Below are positions 58,252 to 64,000 of a DNA stretch of 64,000 bases, piece after piece (positions within the stretch are counted from its first letter, which is position 1; each line of letters begins with the position of its first letter). The notes under the pieces are model-generated. The model worked only from the letters and a program-made list of their open reading frames with translations. It did no database searches and had not been told where the DNA came from. A program made the position numbers and the translations under genes. Source of the stretch: Nitrospira sp. (lineage in GTDB: Bacteria > Nitrospirota > Thermodesulfovibrionia > UBA6902); assembly GCA_016784355.1 (NCBI GenBank), contig JADHUV010000004.1:48201-112200 (forward strand), in the 5' to 3' direction.

Positions 58252-58860
58252 TTAACCCCACCAGTAACGCACCTCTCCAACATCCACATGTATAAATCTG
58301 GACTTTGAGTAATAGCCGACGCCCCCCATCTTCTGCTTCATTAATACCTTCCGCAGCTTTTTAAGACTGTATCCCGGCAGTCTTATGTCCGCTGCCTGGC
58401 CATACATGTGAAAACTTTTCTTTGCGACACCGTTCATGGTCTTTCTTAATAATGCATTAGAGCGGGGTGTCCGATAGCCTGATATAATATGAAAGGGTGT
58501 TGATGTTTTGGTATCTGCCTGCACTTTTGAGAGCAGGTCTATCAGATTTTCGTCAATGGGTTTTATCTTGCCTGTGCGGTGATCGCGGAATATATGATTG
58601 ATCTGTTCCATGCAGTCGGGGTGATATGTTCCCTTTCTGTAATATACAAGGCTCAGGCTTTCCTTAGTGGTAGGGTTATAAAGAGATATGAGGCGTTCAT
58701 CATCTTGCACTGTATCAAGGGAGGCAAGTGCCTTGACAGGATTGATAAATGCGGCAGCCGCCACAAGTCCCATTGTCAGAAAACTTCTGCGGTTTATCGG
58801 GGTCTGGTTAGTTGGATCAGTTTTTTTATTAAAATAAATCAAAAGGTTATCTCTCTGCAA
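58252..58860 (-). CDS. DUF882 / YcbK-like Tat-exported peptidase M15-fold protein
   Basis: Tat motif NRRSFL, and ISGYRTPRSN...HMYGQAADI. Confidence 0.65.
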   Translation of the reverse strand: MQRDNLLIYFNKKTDPTNQTPINRRSFLTMGLVAAAAFINPVKALASLDTVQDDERLISLYNPTTKESLSLVYYRKGTYHPDCMEQINHIFRDHRTGKIKPIDENLIDLLSKVQADTKTSTPFHIISGYRTPRSNALLRKTMNGVAKKSFHMYGQAADIRLPGYSLKKLRKVLMKQKMGGVGYYSKSRFIHVDVGEVRYWWG

Positions 58861-59056
58861 GTCAAATAATCTCGCTATTTTAGCATTTAGCCCTCTAAAT
58901 TCTCAATTTTCACGGCTTCTCTTCCGCAGTGGTTTTGCAGTAACTTGTGCGGCCAGTTGAAAAGGGATGATATTATTGAATTATTGAGTGAATATGATTA
59001 GTATTGAAGGTGTAATTAAACGGACTATTTAATCGATACGTTGAAGGGTTTCGGGA

Positions 59057-60247
59057 ATGGGTATGCAGAAAGTAAAAAAAATTGTTGATGATGAACTATT
59101 TGAGTGGATAAGAGATGTCCGCAGGACTCTTCATCAGTGGCCGGAACTTGCCTTTAAAGAAGAAAAGACATCTGCCTATATTGCAGAGTGCCTAAAAAAA
59201 ATAGGCATAAGTTATAAAAGCGGCGTGGCGCAGACCGGGGTGGTGGGACATTTGATCGTGGATAAAAATGCGCCGACTGTAGCCTTGCGTGCAGATATGG
59301 ATGCCCTGCCTATTACAGAAGAGACGGGGCTTGCATATGCCTCGCAGAATTCCGGCGTCATGCATGCGTGCGGTCATGACGGGCATGTGGCAATTATATT
59401 GGGTGCTGCCGCATTATTGAAAAAAGATCCGCCTCCGGGCAATGTAGTTTTTTTGTTTCAGCCTGCCGAGGAAGGCGACGGCGGTGCAAAGCCCATGATT
59501 GAAGAGGGTGTGCTGGATAATGTGGATATGATCTTCGGCGGACATATTGAGGGGAGTCAGAAGGTTGGGGAGATCGGTATTAAGACAGGAGTGCATACCG
59601 CTTATACAGATGCCTTTGATATCCGCATTACGGGCAAGGGCGGTCATGCAGCACGGCCGCATGAGACCGTGGACGCAGTTCTGATTGCCAGTCAGATAGT
59701 CATAAATATTCAGACTATCATCTCGCGCAATATTGATCCGGTGCAGCCAGCAGTTATCACGATTGGTTCTATGCGCTCAGGAACGGTCTTTAATGCTATT
59801 GCTGAAAAGGCCTGGCTTCGCGGTACCGTCCGCACTACCAGTGAACAGGTGCGTAATCAGATCGTAGAGAGAATAAAAAAACTGACCTCATCTTTTGCGC
59901 TGCTTTATGACGCGGAAATAATCTATACCATTAAACCCGGATATCCTCCGATTATCAATGAAGACAGCACCTGTGAGTATGCCAGAGTGGTTGCGGAGAA
60001 ACTTCTTGGCAAGGGAAAGGCTATACAGATTGCCAATCCAAGTTTAGGGGGGGAGGATTTTGCATATTTCCTCCAGAAGATACCCGGATGTTTTATACGG
60101 TACGGCGCTGCCAAGGACGGGCATGACAATATTGCGGCTCATAGTTCCAAGTTTGATTTTGATGAAGATGTGCTTCGCGTAGGCGCTGCCTATATGGCAG
60201 AACTGACCAGGCATGCGCTGCAAAAACTCAGTAAAAATAGTCCGTAA
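59057..60247 (+). CDS. M20D-family amidohydrolase, of the N-acyl-amino-acid amidohydrolase / hippuricase type
   Basis: VALRADMDALPI, ACGHDGH, and GGAKPMIEEG. Confidence 0.8.
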   Translation: MGMQKVKKIVDDELFEWIRDVRRTLHQWPELAFKEEKTSAYIAECLKKIGISYKSGVAQTGVVGHLIVDKNAPTVALRADMDALPITEETGLAYASQNSGVMHACGHDGHVAIILGAAALLKKDPPPGNVVFLFQPAEEGDGGAKPMIEEGVLDNVDMIFGGHIEGSQKVGEIGIKTGVHTAYTDAFDIRITGKGGHAARPHETVDAVLIASQIVINIQTIISRNIDPVQPAVITIGSMRSGTVFNAIAEKAWLRGTVRTTSEQVRNQIVERIKKLTSSFALLYDAEIIYTIKPGYPPIINEDSTCEYARVVAEKLLGKGKAIQIANPSLGGEDFAYFLQKIPGCFIRYGAAKDGHDNIAAHSSKFDFDEDVLRVGAAYMAELTRHALQKLSKNSP

Positions 60248-60253
60248 TAATTA

Positions 60254-61357
60254 ATGGAAAAATTGATATTTAATAAATCCCCTGCGCCTACGATAGGTGT
60301 AGAACTTGAGATTCAGCTGCTCAGCAGGGAGACCATGGCGCTTGCGCCTTTTGCGCCTGCTGTCCTTGATATGGTCCCTGATAATATGATCGAGCGGATC
60401 AAGCCTGAGTTTATCAAGTCTATGGTGGAGATTAATACCGGCATCTGCTCCTCGGTAGCTGAGGTCGAGCGGGATCTCAGGGCTTCCTATTCCTGGCTCA
60501 ATGATGTTGTCGAAGGTATGGACGGCATGCTTTATCCGGTCAGCCTGCACCCTTTTTCAAGGGGGGCTGATCAGGAGGTTGCCGATAAGGAACGGTACAG
60601 GCAAATTATGGATGAACTGCAGCTGGTGGGCAGGCGTTTTATCACTCAGGGTCTGCACGTGCATATAGGTGTCGATGATGAAGAAAAGGTCATTCGCATA
60701 AATAATAACCTCCGCATTTACTTGCCAATACTGCTTGCAATCTCAACCTCTTCACCTTTTTATGAAGGAGAGGATACAGGGCTTATGTCTTATCGGTCAA
60801 AGCTGTTTGAGGCCCTGCCTCTGGCTGGAATGCCTGATTCCCTGGATAACTGGGCAGAGTTTGAGAAACTTATAAAGCTCTTCAGCAGCAGCGGTATCAT
60901 AGAATCAGTCAAGGACATATGGTGGGACGTAAGGCCTCATCCTGATTTTGGGACGGTTGAGATTAGAATCTGCGATCTTCCATACTGTCTTAATGATATT
61001 CTGGCGCTGACTGCTTTGATACAGGCGCTTGTAATAACTCTTGCTGATGTTGATGTACCCGAACCCCACATACAGATTCTGCGTTCTGATAAATGGCAGG
61101 CGGCCCGCTATGGATTAGACGGGACATATGCGGATCCATTTTATGGAAAGCAGTGTTCAATGAAGGAGGCCGCGCATAATCTGTATAAATTTGTCCGGCC
61201 CGCAGCGGAGATACTGAAGTCCACGAATTATCTTGATGAAATCCCTCAGATCCTTGAAAAACGGCTTACAGGTGCACATATACAGAAAAGGCTGTACAGG
61301 GAAGGCGGAGATTTCAATAAAATGATTCACAGTATGGCCGGCATGTTTCTGCAATGA
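60254..61357 (+). CDS. ybdK: Carboxylate-amine ligase of the YbdK / GCS2 family
   Basis: TIGVELEIQLL start, and the conserved HVHIGV. Confidence 0.8.
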   Translation: MEKLIFNKSPAPTIGVELEIQLLSRETMALAPFAPAVLDMVPDNMIERIKPEFIKSMVEINTGICSSVAEVERDLRASYSWLNDVVEGMDGMLYPVSLHPFSRGADQEVADKERYRQIMDELQLVGRRFITQGLHVHIGVDDEEKVIRINNNLRIYLPILLAISTSSPFYEGEDTGLMSYRSKLFEALPLAGMPDSLDNWAEFEKLIKLFSSSGIIESVKDIWWDVRPHPDFGTVEIRICDLPYCLNDILALTALIQALVITLADVDVPEPHIQILRSDKWQAARYGLDGTYADPFYGKQCSMKEAAHNLYKFVRPAAEILKSTNYLDEIPQILEKRLTGAHIQKRLYREGGDFNKMIHSMAGMFLQ

Positions 61358-62880
61358 AGGGGGCTGCTGCATCCGGTCACCCGCTTACCACAAAGGCTGC
61401 AACGGACATACTATCGATTGGCGGCAATGCATTTGATGCTGCGGTTGCTGCCGGCTTTGCCTCAACTGTAACAGAACCCACACTCACCAGCCTGGGCGGC
61501 GGTGGTTTTCTTCTGGCTCATGAAAAAAAGCAGCAGCGGGATATTCTGTTTGATTTTTTTGTGAATACGCCCGGTCTCGGCACACGGGAACCCCAACCGT
61601 CAGAAATGATCCCTGTAAGCATACAGTTCCCTGCCTGTGAACAGGTGTTTCATGTAGGCCATGCCTCTTTTGCTGTGCCCGGCACTTTAAAGGGACTGCT
61701 TCACGTTCACAGAAAGCTCGGTCGTCTCTCCCTGGCAGAGGTCATTGCTCCTGCACTTCAGTATCTGGATGCAGGAATTGAGACAAGCGCATTGCAGGGG
61801 AATTTTCTCGGCATGCTTAAGCCGATTTTTACTTTGACGCCAGGCTGCAGGGATATATACATTTGTGATGGTAAGTATGCCAGGGCCGGAGACAGGCTTT
61901 ATAATGCCGACCTGAAAAAGTTTTTCGAGGGAATAGTGACCGGGGAAAGTGATCTGTACAGCGGCAGTACGGCAGAGAGACTCATTGAAGAAGTAGAGCA
62001 GCATAACGGGCTTCTTACCATGCGGGATCTTCAGTCATATGAGGTTATTGAGAGGGAACCCTTGCGAGCATCATATCGTGGAAGGGAGATTCTGACAAAT
62101 CCCTCACCATCTTTCGGGGGTTCATTGCTTGAGCTGTGCCTTAAATATTTAGAGCGTCTGGATATTGCTCCTGAGGACCGGGACTCTGAAAAACTTCTGA
62201 CTGTCCTTGTAGAGCTTATAAGGGGAACTTCCAGTCTCAAGCCTGACAGGCAGAGTGATCTGCTGGGGCAGATATTTTCAGATAAGGATATTGGCTTTTT
62301 TTTAAATAATATGGATCAGATTATAAATGGCAAATCAGCAGTATCTACGCAGGGTACGACTCACATAAGCGTTATTGACTCTGAGGGTAATGCCGCGTCT
62401 CTGACTACATCAAACGGTACCGGTTCCGGATGCCTGATTCCGGGTACCGGCATAATGATAAATAATATGATGGGTGAAGATGATCTTCATCCAGGGGGGT
62501 TTTTCTCCTCAACACCCGGCCGCCGGGTTTCATCGATGATGATGCCTGCAATAGTGAAATTGGGGGGGCAGGTCGATGCGGTACTCGGCAGCGGAGGCAG
62601 CAAGAGGATACGTTCGGCTATGCTGCAGGTGATTGTTAATCTGATTGATTTCAGGCTTGATCTTAAGGAAGCAGTCGAGTCGCCGCGCATTCATTTTGAG
62701 GACGGTATTGTACAGGCAGAGCCTGGTAAGTCGATAGCAGTTATTGAAAAAATCGCCCGTAATTATAAGCTGAACTCCTGGGACGGGAAAAATATGTATT
62801 TCGGCGGGGTGCACTGCGTCAGCGGTAAGCTGGATGGTTGGGGAGACAGCAGGCGGGGGGGGACGTTTGCAGCGATTTAG
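61354..62880 (+). CDS. ggt: Gamma-glutamyltranspeptidase
   Basis: Catalytic Thr segment GTTHISVIDSEGNAASLTTS, and the GG motif GSGGSKRI. Confidence 0.85.
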   Translation: MKGAAASGHPLTTKAATDILSIGGNAFDAAVAAGFASTVTEPTLTSLGGGGFLLAHEKKQQRDILFDFFVNTPGLGTREPQPSEMIPVSIQFPACEQVFHVGHASFAVPGTLKGLLHVHRKLGRLSLAEVIAPALQYLDAGIETSALQGNFLGMLKPIFTLTPGCRDIYICDGKYARAGDRLYNADLKKFFEGIVTGESDLYSGSTAERLIEEVEQHNGLLTMRDLQSYEVIEREPLRASYRGREILTNPSPSFGGSLLELCLKYLERLDIAPEDRDSEKLLTVLVELIRGTSSLKPDRQSDLLGQIFSDKDIGFFLNNMDQIINGKSAVSTQGTTHISVIDSEGNAASLTTSNGTGSGCLIPGTGIMINNMMGEDDLHPGGFFSSTPGRRVSSMMMPAIVKLGGQVDAVLGSGGSKRIRSAMLQVIVNLIDFRLDLKEAVESPRIHFEDGIVQAEPGKSIAVIEKIARNYKLNSWDGKNMYFGGVHCVSGKLDGWGDSRRGGTFAAI

Positions 62881-62982
62881 TTGAAGTTGAAGGCTATCAT
62901 GGTAAACGCAGGTGTATCACGTTACTAATATATATAATATCTCTGGTATAATATCGCATTGTAATTATATGCAGTTAACTAA

Positions 62983-64000
<1,018 letters not shown>

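Overview
This 64-kb window is bacterial chromosome, judged from gene content to be from an anaerobe of the Desulfobacterota/Nitrospirota type. It mixes housekeeping blocks with accessory material. The housekeeping genes include zwf-gnd, the rpsF-ssb-rpsR operon, mfd, a gamma-glutamyl cluster and alaS. The largest single unit is a type II secretion / type IV pilus hybrid cluster of about 12 kb.

The features most worth attention are:

- **Selenoproteins.** Three genes are split in the six-frame track by an in-frame TGA. Each TGA sits where a redox-motif Cys would be expected and is followed by a hairpin, so I read them as unannotated selenoproteins: a DsbA/FrnE-like protein (U-P-W-C), a TlpA-like periplasmic thioredoxin (W-U-P-F-C) next to a DsbD-alpha-like lipoprotein, and a lipoprotein with a Y-U-P-L motif.
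- **hgcAB.** A mercury-methylation pair is present. hgcA carries the cap-helix variant NVWCSAGK. An ArsS-like radical SAM gene lies immediately upstream.
- **Integrated islet.** A 3.5-kb segment bounded by perfect 20-bp direct repeats sits directly after hgcB. It carries an AbiL-like AAA-ATPase/RloB pair in which RloB has an in-frame TAG.
- **Decayed toxin-antitoxin modules.** A RelE/ParE-like killer gene has an internal TAA beside an intact HTH antidote gene. An AbiEii-like nucleotidyltransferase is frameshifted.
- **Dispersed repeat family.** A structured repeat unit of about 152 bp occurs at seven or more loci, including a six-copy tandem array. One copy lies beside a decayed duplicate fragment of the neighbouring UPF0210 gene.
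- **GIY-YIG element.** A small GIY-YIG nuclease gene is bracketed by inverted copies of a 24-nt palindrome-containing repeat, tandemly amplified on one side.
- **Pilus/secretion cluster oddities.** The cluster encodes both a GspE-type and a PilT-type ATPase, unusually long pilins, and an A10 tract in the GspL-like gene.
- **Regulation.** A consensus sigma-54 promoter lies downstream of a sensor kinase / NtrC-type regulator pair that is preceded by a PhnD-like binding protein.

The region around 20.5-26.8 kb looks AT-rich and is dense in repeats and pseudogenes, consistent with accessory DNA. All coordinates and calls come from reading the sequence and the ORF track; no database searches were run.
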